Source of the DNA: Pseudomonadota bacterium
GTDB taxonomy: Bacteria > Bdellovibrionota_F > JAHFAK01 > JBDREC01
Length of the DNA stretch: 38,539 nt
Assembly: GCA_043820105.1 (NCBI GenBank)
Contig: JBDREC010000033.1
Span: forward strand, 1 to 38,539
Direction: 5' to 3'
The notes beneath the pieces were generated by a model. That model was given only the letters and a program-made list of their open reading frames with translations, was not told the origin of the DNA and did not search any database. The translations under genes were made by a program, and so were the position numbers. Positions 8,213 through 17,471 of this stretch are shown here, piece by piece; the first letter of the stretch is position 1; every line of letters starts with the position of its first letter.

Positions 8213-9096
8213 TTAAGATGAGACGATTCAAATACCTTCCTATACAAACCTTCCACAACCTCTTTGCCTCTTTCTAACAACACAGCACCATGACCAGGCA
8301 AAACCATATTAAAATCTAAATCAAGTATTTTTTCAATAGAATTTTTAAGCTGCTCTTTTGAAGCTGAAAAAATGTCTGTTCTGCCGAAATGGTAAGCTCT
8401 TTTTAACTGTTTTATATCTTGACTGGTATCAACATCATCCCATGTCAAGCTTTCATGATTATATTTTGCGGAATAGATTGTATCTCCTGTAATTAGAGCC
8501 TTAAAATCTTTTGAATAAAGACATACACCATCACTTGAGTGTCCTGGTGTTTCAATTACTTTCCATTCTGAGTTTCCAATTTTGATTATATCATCTTCTC
8601 TAAGTAGAATATCTGCATATAAATTTGGAAAATTTTCGATTCTATATATTTCACTTAAGGTCTTATAATATTCACTTTTGCCTACAATAAAAACATTTTT
8701 ATTTTGCTGGCTCATTAAGCTTGACGCATTTCGATGCAGGTACAGATTTACATTATTACTTAACTTTTTTTTAAGTTCAGGGAAAATACTCATGTGATCG
8801 CCATGGGCATGAGTTGCTACAACTTTGGATATGTTTTTTAAATCAAATCCCTTGCTGGTTAAAAAATTAAATTTATTTCTATTTGGCATGGCTTTGGTAG
8901 ATAAAAACCCTGGATCAACTATTGCTAAATCTTCACTAAGGTTTTGTTTATTATTGTCTCTTAAGATATAGGTATTGCAGTCTGATATTAAATAAGTCTT
9001 TGAAAGAGGATCAAGTGAATTAAAATCAATGTTATCTGGAATAAGTCTTTGTCCCTTTATACAATAAAGAGAAGCATTGATTTTAATAAGATTCAT
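8206..9096 (-). CDS. Metallo-beta-lactamase-fold hydrolase (glyoxalase II-like; possible thioesterase)
   Basis: THAHGDH, TPGHS, TGD and PGHG motifs. Confidence 0.9.
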   Translation of the reverse strand: MNLIKINASLYCIKGQRLIPDNIDFNSLDPLSKTYLISDCNTYILRDNNKQNLSEDLAIVDPGFLSTKAMPNRNKFNFLTSKGFDLKNISKVVATHAHGDHMSIFPELKKKLSNNVNLYLHRNASSLMSQQNKNVFIVGKSEYYKTLSEIYRIENFPNLYADILLREDDIIKIGNSEWKVIETPGHSSDGVCLYSKDFKALITGDTIYSAKYNHESLTWDDVDTSQDIKQLKRAYHFGRTDIFSASKEQLKNSIEKILDLDFNMVLPGHGAVLLERGKEVVEGLYRKVFESSHLKN

Positions 9097-9099
9097 TTT

Positions 9100-9393
9100 T
9101 TAAGCAAATTCGCCAGCGCCTTTGTAACCTTGTTCGTCACATTTTTTCTTATAGGCGTCAGGATCATTTACATATTCATATGCATCTTGAGCTGTTAGTA
9201 TTTTTACAGCATATTTGTCTGGGATCTCACAGTCATAGGCTGTTTCCATTTCACCAATTAAATCAGCTGCATCTAAAGAATCAGCGCCCAGGTCAGCCAT
9301 GATTTTTGCGTTAGCTGTAACTTTCTCAAGTTCCATGTCTAGAAAATCTGCCACTAATTTTCTCATTTCTTCTATGTTAGCATCTTTTGCCAT
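9100..9393 (-). CDS. Acyl carrier protein with C-terminal extension
   Basis: DLGADSLD phosphopantetheine site, E..YDCEIPD, acidic; RBS GGAGG. Confidence 0.93.
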   Translation of the reverse strand: MAKDANIEEMRKLVADFLDMELEKVTANAKIMADLGADSLDAADLIGEMETAYDCEIPDKYAVKILTAQDAYEYVNDPDAYKKKCDEQGYKGAGEFA

Positions 9394-9409
9394 TTTAATA
9401 CCTCCAGTT

Positions 9410-9502
9410 TAAGTGGTAAGTGGTAAGTGGTAAGTGGTAAGTTGATTACGGTGTACAGTGTACGCCGTGATAATACTTACGACTTATGACATACGACTTA
9501 CA
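9410..9502. repeat. (TAAGTGG)n / (ACTTACG)n inverted heptamer element with internal GC hairpin
   Basis: 4-5 TAAGTGG units (9410-9444), inner stem TACGGTGTAC/GTACGCCGTG, 4 ACWTAYG-like units (9475-9502). Confidence 0.9.
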
Positions 9503-10631
9503 ACTTATTTAATTTTTCACAAATCAAGTAGCGTGGATTCTTTCCACTTTGTTCGTATAAATTATTTAATAATTCCTTTATTTTTTCAATTCCAAATTCA
9601 TTTGCATATTCAAAAATTCCCTTGGACCAGCCTCCACCTGCTTTTATTGCAGCGTCAATATCTTCTGGACAAGCGGCCACTTTATCTTCTAGGACTTTGC
9701 ATGATTCATTAACAGCAATTGCAATTAATCTATTTGCATCAAAGCTAAAGCCTTTATCAAGTTCTTTTTTATCTGCTATAACTGGATTGCCAAGTTCATT
9801 TTTTTCATATTTATAAATTCCGTGCATATTTTTAATTCCAAAACGCCCATTGTCAACATATTCTTTCAGCTTTGAAGGTGGAGCATATTCCGGTTTTTGG
9901 CCTAAACCATTGAAAATGACATTAGAAACCGATAAGATGACATCAAGTCCAATTAAATCAGACAGTTCATAAGGACCCATTGGCATTATACCGTGATCTC
10001 TAGTGGTCTTGTCAATTTCTGCTGTTTTTTCCGGATTTTTTTCTAGAAAGTAAAATGCCTCGTTTACTAAAGGAATTAGAATTCTATTAAAAATAAAGCC
10101 AGGCGCGTCTTTAGCAACTATGGCTATTTTTCGTTTAAGGCTAGATGCAAATTCTTTTGTGTCTTCTAAAACTTGAGGATCTGTTTTTTCGCCAGGAATA
10201 ATTTCAACAAGTTTCATTAAGTAAGCAGGATTAAAAAAATGCAGGCCTATAACTTTTTCAGGTCTTTTAGTTGTGTCTGCTATTTTTGAGATACTTATTG
10301 AAGAAGTATTTGTAGCTAATATTGCATCTTTTTTGCAGGATTCATCCAGCAGTTCAAATATTTTTTTCTTTAGTTCAAAGTCTTCAAATACAGCTTCTAT
10401 TACAAGATCAACATCAGTAACAGCTTCTTTAATATCTGAAAATGTTTTTATTCTTTCAAGATCTTCAGGCTTTCTGGTTTTCGCGGCTACTTTATCATAA
10501 CCCGCCTTAAGAATTTCAGCATTAACATCACATAAATTTACCTCGTAGCCATCACGAAAAAGCGCAAGAGCAATCCCAGATCCCATGGTCCCAGCTCCAA
10601 TAATAGCAACACTCTTTATTTTTTCAGTCAT
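9498..10631 (-). CDS. 3-hydroxyacyl-thioester dehydrogenase (NAD-dependent, extra C-terminal domain)
   Basis: GAGTMG, IEAVFE, ATNTSS, GLHFFNP, PGFIFNR, PMGP. Confidence 0.95.
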   Translation of the reverse strand: MTEKIKSVAIIGAGTMGSGIALALFRDGYEVNLCDVNAEILKAGYDKVAAKTRKPEDLERIKTFSDIKEAVTDVDLVIEAVFEDFELKKKIFELLDESCKKDAILATNTSSISISKIADTTKRPEKVIGLHFFNPAYLMKLVEIIPGEKTDPQVLEDTKEFASSLKRKIAIVAKDAPGFIFNRILIPLVNEAFYFLEKNPEKTAEIDKTTRDHGIMPMGPYELSDLIGLDVILSVSNVIFNGLGQKPEYAPPSKLKEYVDNGRFGIKNMHGIYKYEKNELGNPVIADKKELDKGFSFDANRLIAIAVNESCKVLEDKVAACPEDIDAAIKAGGGWSKGIFEYANEFGIEKIKELLNNLYEQSGKNPRYLICEKLNKL

Positions 10632-10665
10632 TATTTCTCCTCTTAAATTAATTATTAATTATTTT

Positions 10666-12390
10666 CTAATTACCCCCATAAATAATATCATCAAACCTGT
10701 CCACAGTACTATTATCCCCATTTTTTATAAAAGATAAACTCATTTCAGCTTTTGACAAAGCAGCATTCAAAAACTTAGAGGCAACAAGCTTCTTTCTTTC
10801 TGATAACTTTGCATGGCTTGTAAATATATAGGCAATAAGCGTATCACAAGCCAAATCAACCAAGTGCTTCACATAAAGATCTTTAAAAACCTCATCTTTT
10901 TTATCATTTATCAAAGTGATAGCTTCATCTAGTTTTGCTTTTAATACATTAGTTTGCTTTAAAAGCTCAGCACACTTTTCTTCGTTTGCAACTTTAGCTT
11001 CAAAGTCTGCAAAAATATCATTTAAACCATCTGTTAAAATTCCACCTGCTGACATTGCAACTTGAATTTGACTGGTGCCTTCGTAGATGGAGGTGATTCT
11101 GGCGTCTCTGTAATGTCTTTCAGTGTTGAATTCTTGCATATAACCATTACCACCAAGAATCTGCATGCAATCATACGCTATTTTATTACAGCTTTCTGTT
11201 GTATAATATTTGGTCATTGGTGTTATAACGGATGATAGTTTTTTATATTTTTTGTATTCAGGATCTTTTCTCATTTGCCTCTCGTCAACACCTTCTTTTT
11301 CCAGCTTTTTTTCAAGGCAATTTTTGAGCTCATAATACATAGAAGCAGTATATGTAAGGTTTCTCATTGCTTCTAAATTGATTTTAGTATTCATAAGCAG
11401 ATCAGCGACCGCTGGAATTTCCTTGATTTTCTTTCCAAACTGAACTCTTTCATCAGAGTATTGAAGAGCTTCATCATAAGCAGCTTGCGCGATTCCACAG
11501 GCTTGGGCTGCTGTTCCAATTCTGGCATGATTCATTAAGTTGATGGTGTATTTTGTTAGCCCTTTACCTCTTTCACCAATCAAAATACCTTCTGAATTAT
11601 TAAAATATATTTCGCAAGTTGGAGAGCCGTGAATTCCAAGTTTGTGTTCGATTTTAGTAACTTCAATTTGCTCTTTTTCAACCAGGAAAAAGCTAAGACC
11701 ACGGGCTCCTTCTTTATCTTCGCTTCTGGCTAGAACCAAGACAACATCACCACAACCATTGGTTATAAATCTTTTTGTTCCATTTAAGATCCACTTCCCG
11801 GTTTTATCATCTAAGGTTGCTTTGGTTCTGACATTAGATAGATCAGTTCCTGCATCAGGTTCTGTAAGAGCCATTGCTCCAGTATAACCCTCAGAGGCAA
11901 ATAAAGGAAGATATTTGGCCTTAACTTCATCACTGCAAAATTCATCAATAGAATCAGCAATTCCAAAGGTTAAACCAACGAAATTATGAATCGAGCCGTC
12001 TGCTGCTGAAATAATATCTAGAATTGCTGTAGCAATAATATTAGGACAATTCATTCCACCAAAATCAGCAGGAGTACTTAAGCCACCAATACAAAGTTCT
12101 TCAAATTGCTTTAAATTTTCTTTTACTTCTTTTGGAAAGATTACTTTACCAGCTTTAAAATCCAGCCCTTTTTCATCAATGACTTTTGCATTTTTAGCAA
12201 TCACATCATCTGCTATTTTTCCAACAGTATCTAAAACCATTGCATAGGATTCTGCAATGTCATTTAAATCATCTTCTGATAATTGATTTTGGAAATCACC
12301 TTCCTTTGCTCTGATAATTTTATCCCAATCAAAGGATTTTAGAATAAAATCCAGGTCATCATTTTTTTTGTAAAAATTTGATATTTTCAT
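10666..12390 (-). CDS. Acyl-CoA dehydrogenase family protein
   Basis: MALTEPDAGTDL, NGTKRFIT, KLGIHGSPT, RVQFGK, QILGGNGY, IYEGTSQIQ (catalytic Glu). Confidence 0.96.
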   Translation of the reverse strand: MKISNFYKKNDDLDFILKSFDWDKIIRAKEGDFQNQLSEDDLNDIAESYAMVLDTVGKIADDVIAKNAKVIDEKGLDFKAGKVIFPKEVKENLKQFEELCIGGLSTPADFGGMNCPNIIATAILDIISAADGSIHNFVGLTFGIADSIDEFCSDEVKAKYLPLFASEGYTGAMALTEPDAGTDLSNVRTKATLDDKTGKWILNGTKRFITNGCGDVVLVLARSEDKEGARGLSFFLVEKEQIEVTKIEHKLGIHGSPTCEIYFNNSEGILIGERGKGLTKYTINLMNHARIGTAAQACGIAQAAYDEALQYSDERVQFGKKIKEIPAVADLLMNTKINLEAMRNLTYTASMYYELKNCLEKKLEKEGVDERQMRKDPEYKKYKKLSSVITPMTKYYTTESCNKIAYDCMQILGGNGYMQEFNTERHYRDARITSIYEGTSQIQVAMSAGGILTDGLNDIFADFEAKVANEEKCAELLKQTNVLKAKLDEAITLINDKKDEVFKDLYVKHLVDLACDTLIAYIFTSHAKLSERKKLVASKFLNAALSKAEMSLSFIKNGDNSTVDRFDDIIYGGN

Positions 12391-12403
12391 GAAACCTCCG
12401 TTT

Positions 12404-12465
12404 TAAGTGGTAAGTGGTAAGTGGTAAGTGGTAAGTGTTCCTTACTACTTACGACATACGACTTG
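12404..12465. repeat. (TAAGTGG)n / (ACTTACG)n inverted heptamer element, short spacer
   Basis: Same arms as 9410-9502 but lacking the internal hairpin. Confidence 0.9.
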
Positions 12466-12469
12466 CAAC

Positions 12470-13393
12470 TTATTTACAAGTAAACACCGGATCTCTTTTA
12501 TCTACTAAAGCAGTAATTCCCTCTTGGGCATCTTCTGTTCCTACTAAATATGCAAAGGCTATTTTTTCATAGGCAAGTGCTTCTAAAAAATTCATATCTG
12601 TAAACTTGCTTGCAATCCATTTTGTTAGGTTTTGAGCAATTGGACCGATTTCGGGATTTGCTACTTCAAAGTGTGCTTCTTTAATATATACATTTAGCTC
12701 GTTTTCAATTTTTTCAAGATTAATTTCTTTGCTTTGTAAATCTTCAGCTTTGTATAACTCAGAAAAGCCCTTTGCAATGATTATTGTCTGATCTAGCAAC
12801 TTTCCTTTTTCAACAATAAAATCTACGATACCGGATTTGATCGCTGAGTCTGTGTCAAAGATGTTCGCATTTGTTATGTAATCAATAGCCCTATCTTTGC
12901 CAAACATATTTACCATGGCTGCTGTTCCACCCATTGCTGGTAACACTCCAAGACGGTTTTCGGGCAAGCCAATTGCTCCTGTTTTTGTTTTTTCTAAAAC
13001 CCGAAGATGGCAACCAAGCGCGAGTTCACAGCCTCCTCCCAGGGCAATACCATTTATTGCTGCTACTAGTGGTTTTTTACAGTATTTCATTTTAATAATA
13101 ATTTTTTGTGCATAATCAACGAATTTTTCAGCTTCCTTAACAGTTTTGCCAAGCATCATGTCAATTTTAGCACCTACAGAAAAAGCACGAGGATTGGCAC
13201 TTGCCAAAATGGCAGATTTATATTTTTCTGCAGACTCATAAAAATCTAAAGCCTCAGTTAAAGCATCAATTAATCCATTCTCAATATTATTGCGAGCAGC
13301 CTTGTCCTTATTCATCTCGATAATCAAAACATCTTCAAATTCCGACAAAATAAGATGATTTATTATATTATTAAGCTCGTTTTTTATAATCAT
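12470..13393 (-). CDS. Enoyl-thioester hydratase (crotonase family)
   Basis: AAINGIALGGGCELALGC and GLPENRLGVLP with both catalytic Glu; EDAQEGI..KRDPVF tail. Confidence 0.93.
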   Translation of the reverse strand: MIIKNELNNIINHLILSEFEDVLIIEMNKDKAARNNIENGLIDALTEALDFYESAEKYKSAILASANPRAFSVGAKIDMMLGKTVKEAEKFVDYAQKIIIKMKYCKKPLVAAINGIALGGGCELALGCHLRVLEKTKTGAIGLPENRLGVLPAMGGTAAMVNMFGKDRAIDYITNANIFDTDSAIKSGIVDFIVEKGKLLDQTIIIAKGFSELYKAEDLQSKEINLEKIENELNVYIKEAHFEVANPEIGPIAQNLTKWIASKFTDMNFLEALAYEKIAFAYLVGTEDAQEGITALVDKRDPVFTCK

Positions 13394-13409
13394 TTACAAC
13401 CTCTCTTCT

Positions 13410-13449
13410 TTATTCCTTGTTCTCTTGTTCCCCTGCGCTCTTGTTCTCC
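13410..13449 (-). repeat. GAACAAG(A/G) octamer array (inverted partner of 15431-15472)
   Basis: Reverse complement GGAGAACAAGAGCGCAGGGGAACAAGAGAACAAGGAATAA. Confidence 0.8.
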
Positions 13450-13451
13450 AG

Positions 13452-15356
13452 CTAAGACCTATACATTCCCTCAATCTGTTCTTTATATTTACTAAAAATA
13501 ACATTTCTTTTCTTTTTATGAGTTTGTGTTAATTCGACCCCTAGCTCAAACTCTTTATCAACGATACAGATTCGATTTGCTGGGATGTGGCAATATTCAC
13601 TGAAGCCTGTAGCTTTTGAAATTAATGTTTGAATTTCTGATTGTATAAGTTTTTTAACTAAGTCATCTTCAACATCCACTCCATCGTGTTGAAGCTCTTT
13701 GCTTTGAAAATTTAGCCAATCTTTAAGGACTTCAAAATTGGGGACAATTACTGCACCCAAACTTTTTTTATCTTGGCCTACAACCATTGACTGACTTATG
13801 TACATGCTTGACTCGAGCTTTGCTTCAATTGGTTCAGGTTCAACATTTTCACCACTAATTAAAACAATTGTGTCTTTTGCTCTTCCTGTTATAACAACAT
13901 CATTTGTAATTGTAAGTTTTCCAAGGTCACCGGTATTAAACCACTCACCTTTTAAAACAAGGTCAGTTGCTGCTTGGTTTTTATAATATCCTTTCATTAC
14001 CTGGGGGCCTTTAGCCCAAATAATGCCTTGTTTTCCTATAGAAACAGCATTTCCTTTTTCATCTAATATTTTAATTTCCGTGTTTATAATTGGCTGTCCT
14101 ATGCTTCCCCTAATATTATGCTTAAGGGATCTGGCTGATAAAACAGGAGAAGTTTCAGTTAATCCATAACCATTGAGAAGAGTTATTCCAACAACTTCAA
14201 AAAAATCATCAACGTAATCTGGAAGAGAGCCTCCACCAGAAATTGCTGCTCTTAAACGTCCTCCTGTTGCTTGCCTGATTTTTGAGCAAACTAATTTGTC
14301 AGCAAAGGAGTGTATTTTTTCGAGCAATTTAATTGATATTGATAATTTTGATTTAGATATTTTTGAAGGCAATTCTTTTTCAGAAAAATAGATTACTTCA
14401 TTATTTAATGCTCTTTTTGCATAAATGTAATTTTTACTTTTTCCTAATAAAAATTGTATTAGCTTTCTTTTAATGGGTTTTTCTTTGTCAAATTTTGTTT
14501 TAATTCCATCATAAACTTTTATCCAAATTCTTGGAACAGAGGCCATTAGGGTTGGTTTCTGTGAAATTAAATCTTGCTTAAATTTTCTAATATTTGTGTA
14601 GCAAGTTAAGCTGCCACAGTAAATAGCTACATATTCAACTGTTCTTTCAAACATGTGCCAAGAAGGAAGGATTGATAAAAATCTGTCTTCATATGTTATA
14701 TCTATTAAGGATGGCAAAGAAAGGGCATTGCTGGTAATGTTTGCATGAGTAAGCATTACCCCTTTTGGATTTCCTGTAGTTCCAGAAGTGTAGACAATAG
14801 TAGCCAAGTCTTGTGCTTTAACATTTTTAAGTCTATTTTCAAATGCTGATTTATCTTTTTTGTAGATAATCTTTCCTTTTTCAATCAATTTGTGTAGCGA
14901 ATAAATATTTTCACCGTCTCTAAATTCAAACTCAGGATCCATAATGATAATATGCTTTAGGTCAGGCAGTTTTTCAATTGCGTTTTTAATTTGATAAAGT
15001 TGTTCTTGTTTTTGAACAAAAATCGCTTTTGAATTTGAATGTTCTAGTATTTTAAAATATTCTTCAAATGTTAAATCACCACTTGTTGGGACTGAAATAA
15101 TATTAGCACAAATCATTGATAAATCACAGATAATCCACTCTAAGCAATTATTTGCTAAAAGCATAACATGATCTGATTTTTCAATTCCCAGGTCCATTAA
15201 AGCACAAGCAAGAGCAGAGGCTTCCCCAAATAACTCAGAGTATATTAATGTACGAAATTCGTCTTTTTTCTTTTCTTTAAAGGCAGGGCGCGATGGGTAT
15301 TTTTCTACAGCGCTTAGGAATAATTCCGATAAAGTATTAATTACTTTTTCTTCCAT
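13452..15356 (-). CDS. Long-chain fatty acid AMP-forming ligase, resembling acyl-ACP synthetases (Aas/AAE15 type)
   Basis: YTSGTTGNPKG, SILPSWHMFER, SGGGSLP.YVDDFFE, NGYGLTETSP, FNTGDLG, GRAKDTIVLISGENVEP. The ACP-ligase subfamily call is from recalled motifs. Confidence 0.9.
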   Translation of the reverse strand: MEEKVINTLSELFLSAVEKYPSRPAFKEKKKDEFRTLIYSELFGEASALACALMDLGIEKSDHVMLLANNCLEWIICDLSMICANIISVPTSGDLTFEEYFKILEHSNSKAIFVQKQEQLYQIKNAIEKLPDLKHIIIMDPEFEFRDGENIYSLHKLIEKGKIIYKKDKSAFENRLKNVKAQDLATIVYTSGTTGNPKGVMLTHANITSNALSLPSLIDITYEDRFLSILPSWHMFERTVEYVAIYCGSLTCYTNIRKFKQDLISQKPTLMASVPRIWIKVYDGIKTKFDKEKPIKRKLIQFLLGKSKNYIYAKRALNNEVIYFSEKELPSKISKSKLSISIKLLEKIHSFADKLVCSKIRQATGGRLRAAISGGGSLPDYVDDFFEVVGITLLNGYGLTETSPVLSARSLKHNIRGSIGQPIINTEIKILDEKGNAVSIGKQGIIWAKGPQVMKGYYKNQAATDLVLKGEWFNTGDLGKLTITNDVVITGRAKDTIVLISGENVEPEPIEAKLESSMYISQSMVVGQDKKSLGAVIVPNFEVLKDWLNFQSKELQHDGVDVEDDLVKKLIQSEIQTLISKATGFSEYCHIPANRICIVDKEFELGVELTQTHKKKRNVIFSKYKEQIEGMYRS

Positions 15357-15430
15357 TATTTGGCAATCCTCTCCTTATAATAAGTTTTAAATTTTTAAAT
15401 TTTAGGCAGGAAAAAGCAACTAAATTGTTG

Positions 15431-15472
15431 AAGGGAACAAGAGCGCGAGGGAACAAGGGAACAAGAGAATAA
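15431..15472 (+). repeat. GAACAAG(A/G) octamer array
   Basis: AAGGGAACAAGAGCGCGAGGGAACAAGGGAACAAGAGAATAA; related arrays at about 30079-30102 and 36767-36799. Confidence 0.8.
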
Positions 15473-15483
15473 TTAAGATTAAT

Positions 15484-15696
15484 GTTGACCGAGGGGGGTT
15501 TCTAATATAAAGAAGCTTCGCTCCTGCCGGATATGCTGGGTAGTCGATTATTTATTCCCTGTAAGTAATCTGTTATGGGATTCGTCCCTTGTCGTGGTGA
15601 GCAAGCCTTGCCTGTATGGTTGCCATATAGGTATTAAGTAGGAAGCCTAAAGCGGTAATATGAAGCCCACCTTCATTAAATTGGGGGTAAATAACA
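15484..15696 (+). ncRNA. Candidate structured RNA or IS200/IS605 (TnpB omegaRNA)-like remnant
   Basis: GC-richer, ORF-free stretch with consecutive hairpins: CTGCC..GGTAG, GATTATTTA..TAAGTAATC, GGGA-TTCG-TCCC, CTTG..CAAG, CCTGTATGG..CCATATAGG. G-U pairs work on the + strand. Confidence 0.4.
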
Positions 15697-15744
15697 ATTA
15701 TTCTGGCTATTTGGGCGGGAGCGTAAAATTTTACTTTGTAAAAT

Positions 15745-16581
15745 TTAGAAAATAGAGATTAGAGATTTGAGATTAGATGAAGAAATAATTTTTTTACTCG
15801 CTAATATTAGTAAAAATACGAACGCACTTACCAGGATAATTGTTGCTCCAGATGGAAGATCTAAATGATAACTTAATAACAAGCCAAATAAGTTAAATAA
15901 AATTCCAAGTCCAATTGAAATGCCTATCATCTTTTTAAAGTTATATGTAAATTGTCTCGCACAAGCTGCTGGCAAGGTTAAAAGTGCTATGACTAAAATA
16001 ATTCCTACAACTTTAATTAAAATAATTACAGTTAAAGAAATAAGTATTAGTAGAAATATATAAAACATATTAGCTTTAATGCCAGAGACTTGAGCATATT
16101 CTTCATCAAAAGATATAGCAAAGAATTCTTTATAAAAGAAGAATATTGAGATAATAATAACTATGTTTAATATTAACATCAGCAATAAATCAAGGTTTGG
16201 AACTGTTAGTATATTTCCAAATAAGTAGCTCGTAAGGTCTGATGTATAACCCGGAGTTAGACCAATAAATAATATTCCAATTGCCATACCTATTGACCAA
16301 AATATTCCAATAGTTGTATCTTCAGCTAGCCTCGATTTGTTTTTTAATAAACCGATGAAAACAGCTGCAACTAAAGAAAAGGGAATAGCCATAAAAAATG
16401 GGTTTATGCCCAAAAAATAGCCAAGTCCAATGCCTCCAAAGGAAGTATGCGCAATTCCACCACTTATGGAAACAATTTTTTTAACCACTACAAATGCTCC
16501 AATTATCCCACAGCTTATGGAAGCAAGAAGTGCAGCAATAATGGCGTTTTGCATGAACTCGTATGTAAGTATTTCCGGCAT
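15745..16581 (-). CDS. znuB: Zn/Mn ABC transporter permease
   Basis: GGIAHTSFGG, YLFGNIL, SFDEEYA, VGIILVIALL; multiple TM segments; start could also be 16596. Confidence 0.92.
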   Translation of the reverse strand: MPEILTYEFMQNAIIAALLASISCGIIGAFVVVKKIVSISGGIAHTSFGGIGLGYFLGINPFFMAIPFSLVAAVFIGLLKNKSRLAEDTTIGIFWSIGMAIGILFIGLTPGYTSDLTSYLFGNILTVPNLDLLLMLILNIVIIISIFFFYKEFFAISFDEEYAQVSGIKANMFYIFLLILISLTVIILIKVVGIILVIALLTLPAACARQFTYNFKKMIGISIGLGILFNLFGLLLSYHLDLPSGATIILVSAFVFLLILASKKIISSSNLKSLISIF

Positions 16582-16603
16582 TGTTTGGTCTTCCATTAAT
16601 TAT

Positions 16604-16674
16604 TGAAAATTGATTGTTGATTATTTCCCTTAGTCCGCTCGTTTAAATTTTCAATATTCAACAATCAATTTTCA
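16604..16674. repeat. Heptamer-based 22-bp inverted repeat between znuC and znuB
   Basis: TGAAAATTGATTGTTGATTATT (16604-16625) vs AATATTCAACAATCAATTTTCA (16653-16674), one mismatch. Confidence 0.8.
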
Positions 16675-16708
16675 GTTTTCAATTAGAGCTACATCAAGTT
16701 TATTTAAG

Positions 16709-17467
16709 TTAATGATCACCCACAACTCGATGAGGCACACCATGCGCTATCATTTCAAAAGGACAACCATAAACCTTTTCAAAATCCTCAGGCAAAACAG
16801 TTTTCGAATCATGATAATAAAGTTTTTTATTTAAACAGGCTATTTTATCAATATAGCTTGAGATAACTCCCATATCATGTGTTACTATTATAATTGTAAG
16901 GCTATCTTTTAAATTATTTAAAAGTTCATAAATTTCGGTTCTAATATGGGCATCAACACTTGATGTTGGTTCGTCTAATAAAAGCAATTTTGGGTTTTTT
17001 GCAAGGGCTCTGGCAATAAACACTCGTTGCTTTTGACCCTCAGATAATTTGCCCAGCTGTTTGTTTTTAAGGTCAAAAACCTCAACTTTTTTCAAAGCAT
17101 TTTCTGCTCTTTCTATATCTTTTTGTGCATAAGAAAAAGAAAAATTTGCCTTTTTGGCTCCAAGTAAACAGGTTTCACAAACAGAGATTGGAAAATCATT
17201 GTCAAGGAGTGATATTTGAGGAACATAACCAATATCCAAAAGAGCTTCTTTGGGAGTTTTATTAAAAACCCTAATTGTACCAGAGTTTGGTTTATAGAGC
17301 CCCAAGATAGATTTTAATAAGGTAGTTTTACCACCACCATTTGGTCCAATTATTCCTAAAAAATCATTTTTTAATACACTTAAATTAATATTATCTAAAA
17401 TTTTATTATGCTCAAAAGTTAAATCCAGGTTTTTTATTTCAAGGGCAATGTTTTTTATTGAAGTCAT
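16709..17467 (-). CDS. znuC: Zn/Mn ABC transporter ATPase
   Basis: GPNGGGKTT, GYVPQ, LSEGQKQR (variant signature), LLLDEP, THD, His/Cys tail. Confidence 0.93.
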   Translation of the reverse strand: MTSIKNIALEIKNLDLTFEHNKILDNINLSVLKNDFLGIIGPNGGGKTTLLKSILGLYKPNSGTIRVFNKTPKEALLDIGYVPQISLLDNDFPISVCETCLLGAKKANFSFSYAQKDIERAENALKKVEVFDLKNKQLGKLSEGQKQRVFIARALAKNPKLLLLDEPTSSVDAHIRTEIYELLNNLKDSLTIIIVTHDMGVISSYIDKIACLNKKLYYHDSKTVLPEDFEKVYGCPFEMIAHGVPHRVVGDH

Positions 17468-17471
17468 TTTT

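Noticed and set aside
9458-9712. ORF beginning MYAVIILTTYDIRLTT
   Set aside because: Translation of heptamer repeats plus an antisense shadow of the dehydrogenase.
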